From an uncultured Oscillospiraceae bacterium (lineage in GTDB: Bacteria; Bacillota; Clostridia; Oscillospirales; Oscillospiraceae), in contig CAADVN010000050.1 of assembly GCA_900752445.1 (NCBI GenBank), forward strand, positions 1 to 42,410: 42,410 bases of DNA, given 5' to 3'. Positions within the stretch are counted from its first letter, which is position 1. Every line of letters starts with the position of its first letter. The translations under genes and the position numbers were made by a program. Below, one piece after another: positions 18,726 through 27,671 of this stretch. A model generated the notes under the pieces. That model was not told the origin of the DNA. It saw only the letters and a list, made by a program, of their open reading frames with translations, and made no database searches.

Positions 18726-19298
18726 TTTGCACAATCCTTGCTTTGTATAGACAAAAGCAGCCAAAGTGTAAGGCTTTTTTACATTCCAGCCTTTTTGACA
18801 AGATGCCCCGCCGCCCGGAAAGCTGGGCTTTCAAAACGTCGGGGCCTTGCTCCAGGCTGAAGGTGTCGGTTTTGAGACCGCTCGGATAGGGGCATCCTAC
18901 GTTCGCGCACGCGCCGCCTTATGCCAGGCTGGTGCAAAACACTCCCGCTTTCCCGCTTTTCTGCGCTGAAACAGGCACAAGACACGGCATAATAATTTGC
19001 GAAAAATTGCACAGAGTAGCAAAAAATACAACAATCTTTTTACGCGCTTTTCGACATAATTCGTATACTTTGCATAATTTCTGCCCAACATGCTTGTATG
19101 GATTGCAAGAATTTGATTTTACGTTCGTTTTGCTTTATCAAAGGGGCAAAACATTCCGCAACGGAATTTCAGCATATGATATTCTTTTTTCAGCGGAAAC
19201 GGCCGCCGCGGCGGCCGAAGCAAAACGGGCGGTTTTCGCGACGGTGCGCAACGTCATAAGCGGATACTCGCCATAACACGAAAGGGGAAAGCAAGTGT

Positions 19299-20720
19299 AT
19301 GGCAAACTCACCTAAGAGTAAAGACGGCCTCAAGCGCGCTATCTACCTGATCTTCATTTTCGGCGGTTTCGCTATCCTGCGCAACTTTGTGCCGAGCGGA
19401 CTGGATCAAGCGGGCTGGGACGGTTTTCTGGTATTATTCGTTGCGGTGCTGCTCTGGCTGACCGAGGCCGTGCCTATGGCGATAACCGCCATCTTTGTAC
19501 TGTTCTTCGGCGCGTGGGTCGGCTTTGAGGCCGAGGGCACGATACTCGCCGGCTTCTCAGGCACCGGCACCTTCTTCCTGCTCGGCGCAATGATCATCGG
19601 GCAGATCTTTTCCAAGGTCGGGCTCGGTAAGCGCATCTCGCTCTATCTGCTGCCCATGTTCGGCAACAAGCCCAAGGCGGTGCTGCTCGCCGTCATGCTC
19701 GGCACCTGCGTCGTATCCATGTTCCTCGCTGACATACCCACGGCGCTCATCTTCTTCAGCATCTGCACGCCCCTGCTCGAGCAGAACGGCTGCCAGCCCG
19801 GCAAGTCCAAGTTCGGCAAGGCCATAATGCTCGGCATCCCTGTCGGCGCCGCCATCGGCGGCATCGGCACCCCGGCCGGCAGCGGCATGAACGCCGTCAC
19901 GATGTCCCTGCTCAAGAGCATCTGCGACGTCGAGATCAGCTTTACACAGTGGTCCCTCGTCGGCGTGCCCGTCGCCATCGTCAGCATCGTCTTTGCATGG
20001 CTCTTCTTCTGCCTGATTTTCAAGCCCGAGATCACCGTTGTTAAGGGCCTTGAGTCCATCAAGGAAGACCGCAAGAACATCGGCCCCCTGCGCGGGGACG
20101 AGCTCAAGTTCACCATCGTCTTCGCCGTCATGCTCGTGCTCTGGTTCATCCCAAGCTACACCGGCATCGACATGTACATGACCGCCTGGGGCGGCATCTT
20201 CGTGATGTCCATGCCCGGCATGAACCTCGTAAACTGGAAGGAGCTAAACGGCAAGCTCGACTGGTCCGCCGTCATGATCTGCGGCGCGGCCACGGCCCTC
20301 GCCACCGTCGTCTCCAACCTCGGCACTGGCGAGTGGCTCAGCAACATCCTTGCCGACCTCTTCCTCGCCGACGTCGCCGGCATGGGCATGCTCGTGCTGC
20401 TCTTCGTCATCAACCTCATGATGATGGTCGGCCACTACCCGATGCCTCAGGGCGTCTCGCTCGCCGGCCTGTGTCTGCCCGTTGTCGGCGCGCTGGCATT
20501 GAACCTTGGGCTCAATCCCATCGTCGTATGCCTGCCGGTCTGCATGTCCACCAGCATGCTGCTGCTCGTCCCCATCGACCCCACCTGCTACACGACCTAC
20601 TCGGGCGGCTACTGGAAGATAAAAGACATGATGGGCACCGGTGTTATAATAACCCTTGGCTACGTGGTGATAAACACCGTCTGGACCGCTCTCATAGCCG
20701 TTACCGGCATACTCGGATAA
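19299..20720 (+). CDS. DASS/SLC13-type anion (di/tricarboxylate or similar) permease
   Basis: 473 aa and polytopic. LTEAVPMAITAI and GIPVGAAIGGIGTPAGSGMNAV resemble the paired hairpin motifs of DASS/ArsB-NhaD superfamily permeases. Confidence 0.8.
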   Translation: MANSPKSKDGLKRAIYLIFIFGGFAILRNFVPSGLDQAGWDGFLVLFVAVLLWLTEAVPMAITAIFVLFFGAWVGFEAEGTILAGFSGTGTFFLLGAMIIGQIFSKVGLGKRISLYLLPMFGNKPKAVLLAVMLGTCVVSMFLADIPTALIFFSICTPLLEQNGCQPGKSKFGKAIMLGIPVGAAIGGIGTPAGSGMNAVTMSLLKSICDVEISFTQWSLVGVPVAIVSIVFAWLFFCLIFKPEITVVKGLESIKEDRKNIGPLRGDELKFTIVFAVMLVLWFIPSYTGIDMYMTAWGGIFVMSMPGMNLVNWKELNGKLDWSAVMICGAATALATVVSNLGTGEWLSNILADLFLADVAGMGMLVLLFVINLMMMVGHYPMPQGVSLAGLCLPVVGALALNLGLNPIVVCLPVCMSTSMLLLVPIDPTCYTTYSGGYWKIKDMMGTGVIITLGYVVINTVWTALIAVTGILG

Positions 20721-20783
20721 CATGGGGCTCCAGGAGCGCGTTTCATCACCGGCCGCTGAAAATTCCCAACAGGAGGGAGAACC

Positions 20784-21239
20784 ATGATCAAGATGGATGC
20801 AACCGATTACGCGATCCTGGAGCTTTTGAAGAAAGACGGGAGGATGAGCTACTCGGACATCGCCGAGGAGGTACACCTCAGCCGCGTCGCGGTGCGCGAG
20901 CGGATAACCGCCATGAAAAACGACGGTATCATAAGGGGCTTTACCACCATCATCGACTCCAAGGCCTACAACAAGATGGCCGCGGTGTTCCTGGAGGTGG
21001 AGGTCGAGCCCTCGAAGATCGACAGGGTGGCGAACAAGCTCATGGAGAACCAGGACATCGCCATCGTCGCCCAGCACACCGGCAACGTTGGCCTGCACGT
21101 CCATGCCTATATCGAAAGCGTGGACAAGCTCTCGGACTTTCTGGACAAGTGCATATACAGCATCGACGGCGTGAAGAGCGTCTCGTCGAACCTGCTGATA
21201 CGCCAGTATAAGACCACGGCCTGGATCGCAAAATACTGA
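20784..21239 (+). CDS. Lrp/AsnC-family transcriptional regulator
   Basis: HTH_AsnC region DYAILELLKKDGRMSYSDIAEEVHLSRVAVRERI followed by a C-terminal RAM/AsnC_trans_reg-like domain. Confidence 0.9.
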   Translation: MIKMDATDYAILELLKKDGRMSYSDIAEEVHLSRVAVRERITAMKNDGIIRGFTTIIDSKAYNKMAAVFLEVEVEPSKIDRVANKLMENQDIAIVAQHTGNVGLHVHAYIESVDKLSDFLDKCIYSIDGVKSVSSNLLIRQYKTTAWIAKY

Positions 21240-21283
21240 CCGCTGCGAGCCGGGCGCGGACCAAGCAAAGGAGGAACACCCAA

Positions 21284-21814
21284 ATGTGGGAATTCAAGTT
21301 CTATTCCCGCGGCGGACAGGGTGCGGTAACAGCCGCGAAGATCCTGATAAACGCCGCAATAATCGAGGGTAAGTACGGACAGGCCATTCCCTCCTACGGT
21401 CAGGAGCGGAAGGGCGCGCCCGTATACACCTACGCGAGGATAGCCGAAGGCCCGATAGACGTTAAATCCTACGTCTACCGTCCCAACTGCGTCATCTGCT
21501 TCGACACCTCGCTCGCCGACCTCGGCATCGATATCACCGAGGGAGTCAGGCCCGGCTCCACGCTCATCGTCAACACCGACGACGCGGCGTATGAAAATCC
21601 CGCCTTTGAAAAGGTCTGCGTCATCGACGCGGACAAGATAACCCACGAGCTGCTCGGAGAGGTGCCGCCCAACGTCGCAATGCTCGGCGCGCTGGCCAAG
21701 GCCACGGGCTGCGTGGGCATAGAGAGCCTCAAGAAGGCCGTAATGAGCAAAATTCCCGGAAAGGCTGGTGAGAAAAATGCAGAAACTTGTGCAGCAGCGT
21801 ATGAAAATGCTTGA
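21284..21814 (+). CDS. 2-oxoacid:ferredoxin oxidoreductase, gamma subunit
   Basis: FYSRGGQGAVTAAKIL and SYGQERKGAP are typical of POR/VOR gamma subunits. Confidence 0.9.
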   Translation: MWEFKFYSRGGQGAVTAAKILINAAIIEGKYGQAIPSYGQERKGAPVYTYARIAEGPIDVKSYVYRPNCVICFDTSLADLGIDITEGVRPGSTLIVNTDDAAYENPAFEKVCVIDADKITHELLGEVPPNVAMLGALAKATGCVGIESLKKAVMSKIPGKAGEKNAETCAAAYENA

Positions 21815-22088
21815 GACGCTCCCGACCATCATCGGTCCCGTCTCCGTGAAGATCTCCGACGTGCACACCGGCGCATGGCGCTACCGCCGCCCCGTCATCC
21901 GCAAGGACGACTGCATCCGCTGCGGCATCTGCGCCACCTACTGTCCCTGCGGCGCCATCGAAAAGGCCGACGAGGGCATGGTCATAGACTACACCTACTG
22001 CAAGGGCTGCGGCATCTGCACCGTGGAGTGCCCGAAAAAGGCCATAGACTTCATCGAGGAGTCCAACTTCAGAAAGGAGGGCGAGTGA
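21768..22088 (+). CDS. 2-oxoacid:ferredoxin oxidoreductase, delta subunit (2x[4Fe-4S] ferredoxin)
   Basis: Two cluster motifs, CIRCGICATYCP and CKGCGICTVECP. The start is ambiguous: GTG 21768, or ATG at 21777, 21801 or 21807. It overlaps the end of the gamma gene. Confidence 0.85.
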   Translation: MRKMQKLVQQRMKMLETLPTIIGPVSVKISDVHTGAWRYRRPVIRKDDCIRCGICATYCPCGAIEKADEGMVIDYTYCKGCGICTVECPKKAIDFIEESNFRKEGE

Positions 22089-22089
22089 T

Positions 22090-23289
22090 ATGGGCGTCAT
22101 AAAAGCCCTTGACGGCAACGCGGCCATAGCCCACGGCGTCATGCGCTCGAAGGTGCAGCTCGTCGCGGCCTACCCCATCACGCCGCAGACCCCTATCGTG
22201 GAGACCATCTCCTCGCTTATCGATACCAAGCAGTACGACGCCACGTACATAACCGTGGAGTCGGAGCACTCGGCGCTCAGCTCGCTCATAGGCGCCTCGT
22301 CCACGGGCGTGCGCACCTTCACGGCGAGCGCGTCCCACGGCCTTGCGCTGATGCACGAGGTCACCGGCACCGCCGCAGCCTCCCGCCTGCCCATAGTCAT
22401 GGCCGTCGTCAGCCGTGCCATCCCGGGGCCGATGAGCCTCTGGTGCGACCACTCCGACATCATGACCCAGCGCGACCAGGGCTGGATACAGCTCTTCGCC
22501 GCGAGCCCCCAGGAGGCCCTCGACTTTGTGATGATAGCCTACCGCACGAGCGAGGACGAGCGTGTCCTCACCCCGACGATGGTGGACATCGACGGCTTCT
22601 TCTGCTCGCACCTCACGGAGCCCGTGGACGTGCCCACCGAGGAGGAGGCCGGGCGCTTCGTGAGGGACTTCGTGCCCGTGAATGCGACGCTCGACCCGGA
22701 TGTGCCCTATGCCATGAACAACCTGACCTCCCCGGCCATATTCACCGAGCTCAAGAGGTCGCAGGACATCGGCATGCGCTCCGCCGCGAAGGTGCTCGAC
22801 GAGCGCTTTGAGGAGTTTGCCGGCCTGTTCGGACGCCGGTACAGCCGCGTGATGTGCCACGAGACCGAGGACGCCGACACCGTCGTCGTCTGCATGGGCT
22901 CCATGTCCGGCACCGTGAAGCATGTGGTGAACGAGCTGCGCGCCTCCGGCAAAAAGGTCGGCGTCGCCCGCGTGGCCACGTTCAGGCCCTTCCCCTACAA
23001 GGAGCTGGCAGAGGCGCTCAAGGGCGCGAAGACCGTTGCCGTCATCGACCGTGTCTCCGGCATGGGCTCCTTCGGCCCGCTCTATGAGGAGGTGCTCTCC
23101 TGCCTGCGCATGGCGAAGCTCGACGCGAACGCCTACTCCTTCGTCGCCGGTCTCGGCGGCAGGGACATCTGGGAGCAGACCGTCGAAAACGTCATCGAGC
23201 GTGCGGAGGCCCTCGGCGGCAGCGAGGCCGTCTGCGAAGAGCCCATCTGGATTGACCTGAAGGAAGACGAGGTGAGATACAATGCCTGA
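22090..23289 (+). CDS. 2-oxoacid:ferredoxin oxidoreductase, alpha subunit
   Basis: 399 aa. AAYPITPQTPIVE and overall POR/VOR alpha-subunit features. Confidence 0.9.
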   Translation: MGVIKALDGNAAIAHGVMRSKVQLVAAYPITPQTPIVETISSLIDTKQYDATYITVESEHSALSSLIGASSTGVRTFTASASHGLALMHEVTGTAAASRLPIVMAVVSRAIPGPMSLWCDHSDIMTQRDQGWIQLFAASPQEALDFVMIAYRTSEDERVLTPTMVDIDGFFCSHLTEPVDVPTEEEAGRFVRDFVPVNATLDPDVPYAMNNLTSPAIFTELKRSQDIGMRSAAKVLDERFEEFAGLFGRRYSRVMCHETEDADTVVVCMGSMSGTVKHVVNELRASGKKVGVARVATFRPFPYKELAEALKGAKTVAVIDRVSGMGSFGPLYEEVLSCLRMAKLDANAYSFVAGLGGRDIWEQTVENVIERAEALGGSEAVCEEPIWIDLKEDEVRYNA

Positions 23290-24151
23290 ACTCGATCTGC
23301 TAAGCAAGGGGCTGACCACCTGCCAGGGCTGCCCGATGGAGCTCATCGGACGCGCCGCGCTGGAGACCCTCGGCCCCAGGACGATAACCATGACCCCGCC
23401 GAGCTGCTCGGCCATACTCACCGGCAACGGCGATGAGACCGGCTGGGGCATCCCCTCAGTGCAGACGGTGCTCATGAGCCTGCCCGCCTTTGCCTCCGGC
23501 GTGTCCGAGGCGCTGAAGATACGCGGCATGGACGATGTCACGGTCATGGGCTTTGCCGGCGACGGCGGCACCTTCGACATAGGCCTGCAGTCGCTCTCCG
23601 GCGCCATAGAGCGCGGGCACAAGGCCGTGTTCATCTGCTACAACAACGAGGCCTACATGAACACCGGCAACCAGCGCTCCAGCGCCACGACGCTCGGCGC
23701 CTCCACCAAGACCACGCCCACCGGCAAGAAGGAGTCCGCGAAGAACATCGACTTCATGCTGCTGCACACGCCGCTGGTCTACCAGGCCACGGCCTCCGTC
23801 GGCAACATCCCGGACTTCAAGCGCAAGCTGAAGAAGGCCTCCGAGAAGGACGGCCCCTGCTTCATCCACGTGCTCGCGCCCTGCCCCTCGGGCTGGAAGT
23901 TCCCCACAAGCCAGACCATCGAGGTCGCCAAGCTCGCCGTCAAGAGCGGCGCATGGCTCCAGTTCGAGCGTGAGAACGGCAAGATCACGATAAACCAGAA
24001 ACCCACCGATTTTGAGCTTATTAACGACTATCTCGACGGTCAGAAGCGCTTTGGCCGCGTGACGCCCGAGATACGCGAGCGCATCATTGCCGAGGCAAAG
24101 GGACGCTACGAGACGCTCTGCCGCCTCGCCGAGCTCGACTGCCTCGTGTGA
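23282..24151 (+). CDS. 2-oxoacid:ferredoxin oxidoreductase, beta subunit (TPP-binding)
   Basis: CQGCP near the N-terminus and the TPP motif GDGGTFDIGLQSLSGAIERGHKAVFICYNNEAYMNTGNQ. Confidence 0.9.
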   Translation: MPELDLLSKGLTTCQGCPMELIGRAALETLGPRTITMTPPSCSAILTGNGDETGWGIPSVQTVLMSLPAFASGVSEALKIRGMDDVTVMGFAGDGGTFDIGLQSLSGAIERGHKAVFICYNNEAYMNTGNQRSSATTLGASTKTTPTGKKESAKNIDFMLLHTPLVYQATASVGNIPDFKRKLKKASEKDGPCFIHVLAPCPSGWKFPTSQTIEVAKLAVKSGAWLQFERENGKITINQKPTDFELINDYLDGQKRFGRVTPEIRERIIAEAKGRYETLCRLAELDCLV

Positions 24152-24161
24152 GAAAGACCAT

Positions 24162-24199
24162 GCGGGCCGTCGGTCACAGAGCCGGACGGCCCGCTTTTT
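24162..24199 (+). terminator. Intra-locus hairpin with T-run (terminator or attenuator) between the oxidoreductase genes and the CoA-transferase gene
   Basis: GCGGGCCGTCGG-loop-CCGGACGGCCCGC followed by TTTTTG. Only about 20 nt then remain before the RBS of the CoA-transferase gene. Confidence 0.6.
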
Positions 24200-24217
24200 G
24201 ATGAGGAGGAACACAAA

Positions 24218-25777
24218 ATGGCCAGGATAATTTCCGCCGCCGAGGCCGTGGAGCTCATGCACGACGGCATGACGCTCGGAGTGAGCGGCTTCGGCGCTTT
24301 CGCATCTCCGGACACCATACTCGACGCCATGGGCGAGAGCTTCCGTGCCAAGGGCACGCCCCGGGCGCTCACCATCGTCTCCGGCGTCGCGCCCGGCGAC
24401 TTCCGCGAGGACGGCTGCGGCCTGTCCAAGATAAAGGACGAGGGCATCATAGACACGCTCATCGCCTCGCACCTGCGCATGTCCCCGGCTATAGGCCGGG
24501 CCTGCAGCGAGAACAGGATAGCCGCCTACACCATGCCCCTCGGCCTCTACGGCCAGCTCATGGCGGCCATTGGCGGACACAGGCCGGGTATCATAACCCA
24601 CGTCGGCCTCGGCACCTATGCCGACCCCAGGCAGGAGGGCTGCCGCATCAACGACAGGGCCAAGGAGCAGGGCCGCGAGATCGTCAGGCTCATGCAGATA
24701 GACGGCAAGGACTACCTCTTCTACAAGGCCTTCAGGATAGACGCCTGCATCCTGCACGCAAGCTACGCCGATGAGGACGGCAACATCTCCGCGCAGAGCG
24801 AGCCCATACGCAGCGACCTGCTCGAGCTCGCCGCCGCCGTGCACAACAACGGCGGCACCGTCATCGTCGAGGTGAACGAAATCGTCAAGGCCGGCTCCCT
24901 CGACCCCAAGCAGGTGCTCATACACAAGTCCTACGTGGACTATATCGTCCGCGCGAAGAAGCAGGACAACATCGCGCTCGAGTATTCGCCCCAGCTCACC
25001 GGCGACATCCGCATGCCCGACGGCCAGGGCGTGGCCCCGCTGCCCATGGGCTTCAAGAAGGTCATAGCCCGCCGCGCAGCCATGGAGCTGCAGCCCGGCA
25101 TGCTGGTGAACCTCGGCATAGGCATCCCCGCCTCCGTTGCCAACGTGGCGAATGAGGAGGGCCTGAGCGGGAAGCTGACGCTCTCGCTCGAGACTGGCGT
25201 CTACGGCGGCGTGCCGCTCGACGGGCCGCTCTTCGGCGCGGCGGTGAACCCCGACTCCATCTCACGCTCCTCGGACATGTTCACGACCTACGACGGTGGC
25301 GGCCTCGACCTCACCGTGCTCGGCTGTGCGGAGATAGACCCCTGCGGCAGCGTGAACGTCTCCAAATTCAGCGGGCGCTGCGTCGGTCCCGGCGGCTTTG
25401 TGAACATCTCCCAGAACACACCCAGGGTGCGTTTCGCCTTCTCCTTCACCTCCGGCAAGGCCGACATCGCCGTGGAGGACGGCAGGCTCGTCATCCGCCG
25501 CGACGGCGACGGGATAAAGTTCAAAAAGGCCCTCGACCACATCACCTTCTCCGGGGAATACGCCGCGCAGACGGGCCAGGACGTCATGTTCATAACCGAG
25601 CGCGCCGTCTTCCGCGTCCTTGACGGGAAGCTGACCCTCACCGAGATCGCCCCGGGCGTGGACCTCGAGCGCGACGTGCTCGCCAAGATGGAGTTCCGCC
25701 CCGTCATCGCTGAGGACCTGCACGAGATGGACGCGCGGCTCTTCCAGCCCGGCAAAATGGGCCTCGGCGAGGGCTGA
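24218..25777 (+). CDS. Family I acyl-CoA:carboxylate CoA-transferase (propionate CoA-transferase / YdiF type)
   Basis: 519-aa single-chain enzyme. From memory it is colinear with Clostridium propionicum Pct / E. coli YdiF: DGMTLGVSGFG, YADEDGNIS, VKAGSLDP, LSLETGVYGG (catalytic Glu region), YDGGGLDL. Confidence 0.85.
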   Translation: MARIISAAEAVELMHDGMTLGVSGFGAFASPDTILDAMGESFRAKGTPRALTIVSGVAPGDFREDGCGLSKIKDEGIIDTLIASHLRMSPAIGRACSENRIAAYTMPLGLYGQLMAAIGGHRPGIITHVGLGTYADPRQEGCRINDRAKEQGREIVRLMQIDGKDYLFYKAFRIDACILHASYADEDGNISAQSEPIRSDLLELAAAVHNNGGTVIVEVNEIVKAGSLDPKQVLIHKSYVDYIVRAKKQDNIALEYSPQLTGDIRMPDGQGVAPLPMGFKKVIARRAAMELQPGMLVNLGIGIPASVANVANEEGLSGKLTLSLETGVYGGVPLDGPLFGAAVNPDSISRSSDMFTTYDGGGLDLTVLGCAEIDPCGSVNVSKFSGRCVGPGGFVNISQNTPRVRFAFSFTSGKADIAVEDGRLVIRRDGDGIKFKKALDHITFSGEYAAQTGQDVMFITERAVFRVLDGKLTLTEIAPGVDLERDVLAKMEFRPVIAEDLHEMDARLFQPGKMGLGEG

Positions 25778-25803
25778 AGGCCGTGAAGGGAGGCGCCGCG
25801 GGC

Positions 25804-26388
25804 ATGAGCGGCAAGAGGATAATAGTCGGCATAAGCGGTGCTGACGGCGTCTCGCTGGGCGTCCGGCTGCTCTCTATGCTGCGCGGCATGGAGGGCGTGG
25901 AAACGCTGCTTATAATGAGCCGCGCTGCCGAGCGGAACCTTGAGATAGAGTGCCGCACCGCTCCGGAGGAGATACGCGCGCTCGCAGACCGCTGGTACGA
26001 GCCTGAGGACATGGCCGCCGAGGTCTCCAGCGGCTCGTTCTGGACGGACGGCATGATAGTCGCCCCGTGCAGCATGAAGACGCTCGCTGCCATCGCCCAC
26101 GGCTATTCGGAAAACCTGCTGGTGCGTGCGGCTGACGTGTGCCTCAAGGAGGGCCGCAAGGTCGTGCTCATGCCGCGCGAGACGCCGCTGGGCATCATAC
26201 ACATCAAAAACATGCTCGCCGCAGCCGAGGCCGGCTGCGCCATCGTGCCGCCCATGCTGACGTATTATAACCGGCCAGAGAGCCTGGACGAGGTTGCCGA
26301 CCACGTGCTCGGCAAGGTGCTGATGCAGTTCGGGCTCATCCCGCCGGACTTTAGGCCCTGGGGCGGGACTGAAAGGAGAATGCCATGA
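25804..26388 (+). CDS. ubiX: UbiX-family flavin prenyltransferase
   Basis: RIIVGISGADG, VAPCSMKTLAAIAHGYSENLLVRAADVCLKEGRKVVLMPRETPL. GGGAGG lies 10 nt upstream of the ATG at 25804. The stop overlaps the ubiD start (ATGA). Confidence 0.9.
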   Translation: MSGKRIIVGISGADGVSLGVRLLSMLRGMEGVETLLIMSRAAERNLEIECRTAPEEIRALADRWYEPEDMAAEVSSGSFWTDGMIVAPCSMKTLAAIAHGYSENLLVRAADVCLKEGRKVVLMPRETPLGIIHIKNMLAAAEAGCAIVPPMLTYYNRPESLDEVADHVLGKVLMQFGLIPPDFRPWGGTERRMP

Positions 26389-27599
26389 AGGATATGAGAT
26401 ACTGCCTCGAAAAGATGGAGGCCGCCGGACGCCTCGCGCGTGTCAAAACGCGCGTGGACGCCGTGCACGAGCTCTCCGGCCTGAGCGCGAAGCTCGAGGG
26501 CGGCAGGGCGCTGCTCTTTGAAAAGGTGAAGGGCTACGACTATCCCCTGACCACCGGCTGGTGGTGGAACCGCGACAACGTTGCGGCGATATTTGACCGC
26601 CCCGCGGCGGACATACCCTGGCTGTTTGCGGACGCGGTGGACTCGCTGCGCTCCGCGCCCGTCGCGCCGATAGTGGTGGACGACGCGCCCTGCCGCGAGG
26701 TCTGTTTTCCCGAACCGGACCTCACGAGGATACCCGTGCCCACGCACGCGCTGCTCGACGGCGGGCCGTACTTTTCAAACTGCGTCATCATTGCAAAGGA
26801 CCCGGACACCGGTGTGCGCAACACCTCTGTGCACAGGCTCATGGTCACGGGGCGCGACAGGCTGGGCCTGCTCATGGACGCGGGCCGCCACCTGCGCGAC
26901 TACTACGAGCGCGCCGAGGCGCGCGGTGAGCCGCTGGAGATAACCATAAACAACGGCGTGCACCCGGCATATTTCGTCGCCGCGACGACGCCGAGCTCCG
27001 CCGCGCCCATAGACGTGGACGAGCTGGCCGTGGCCTCGTACCTGCTGGGCGAGCCCGCGCGGCTGTGCCCTGGCGTCACGGTGGGCGTCGAGGCCGTGGC
27101 GGACGCCGAGCTGGTGATGGAAGCGGAGATACTGCCCCGCGTGCGCGAGCCGGAAGGCCCCTTCGGAGAGGTCAGTGGCTACTATGCCACGCGCGCTGAC
27201 CGCTGGGTCGTGAGGATAAAGCACATGTCCATGCGCCGCGACCCCATCATAAGCACGCTGCATCCGGGCAAGGAGGTCTGGAACGGCCAGGGCCTGGGCA
27301 TAGAGGCGAACCTGTTCCGCACGATAAGCCGCCAGGTGAAGGGGCTTAAAAACGTCTACATGACGCACGGCGGCAGCCACTACCATGTGGTGCTGCAAAT
27401 GGACCCGCCCGCGAACGGCATGGCGAAGAACGCGATAATGGCGGCCTTCGCGGCCTTTTCGGACCTGCAGATGGTGACGGTGGTGAACAGCGACGTGAAC
27501 ATTTTCGACGCCGAGGACGTAGAGCGCGCCCTGTGCACGCGCTGCGACCCGGCAAAGGACATCGTCATCATCCCCGGCGCCTTTGCTGTTGTTAGATAA
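26385..27599 (+). pseudogene. ubiD: UbiD-family prFMN-dependent decarboxylase, 5' part (about 399 native codons), interrupted by a mobile element
   Basis: UbiD-like from the N-terminus through ...RCDPAKDIVIIPGAF. The frame then reads 4 element-derived codons (AVVR) and stops. The missing C-terminus is found at 37860-38003 in the same codon phase. Confidence 0.85.
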
Positions 27600-27671
27600 G
27601 GAAGCAATAGAAGTGTAAAAAATTTTGCCGTTCCCGTCCGGCGCTTGCGCACTGCGCCGGACAGGTCGGGC

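Noticed and set aside
27604-27613. Terminal inverted motif of the serine-recombinase element: GCAATAGAAG at 27604-27613 versus CTTCTTTATTGC at 37839-37850
   Set aside because: The similarity is real, but the two copies lie at unequal distances from the TT crossover (about 20 nt versus about 9 nt). I cannot claim they are the recombinase-binding arms.
27636-27662. Hairpin GTCCGGCGC / GCGCCGGAC just downstream of the recombinase stop
   Set aside because: On the minus strand the T-run is 13 nt from the stem base, so it is too weak to call a terminator.
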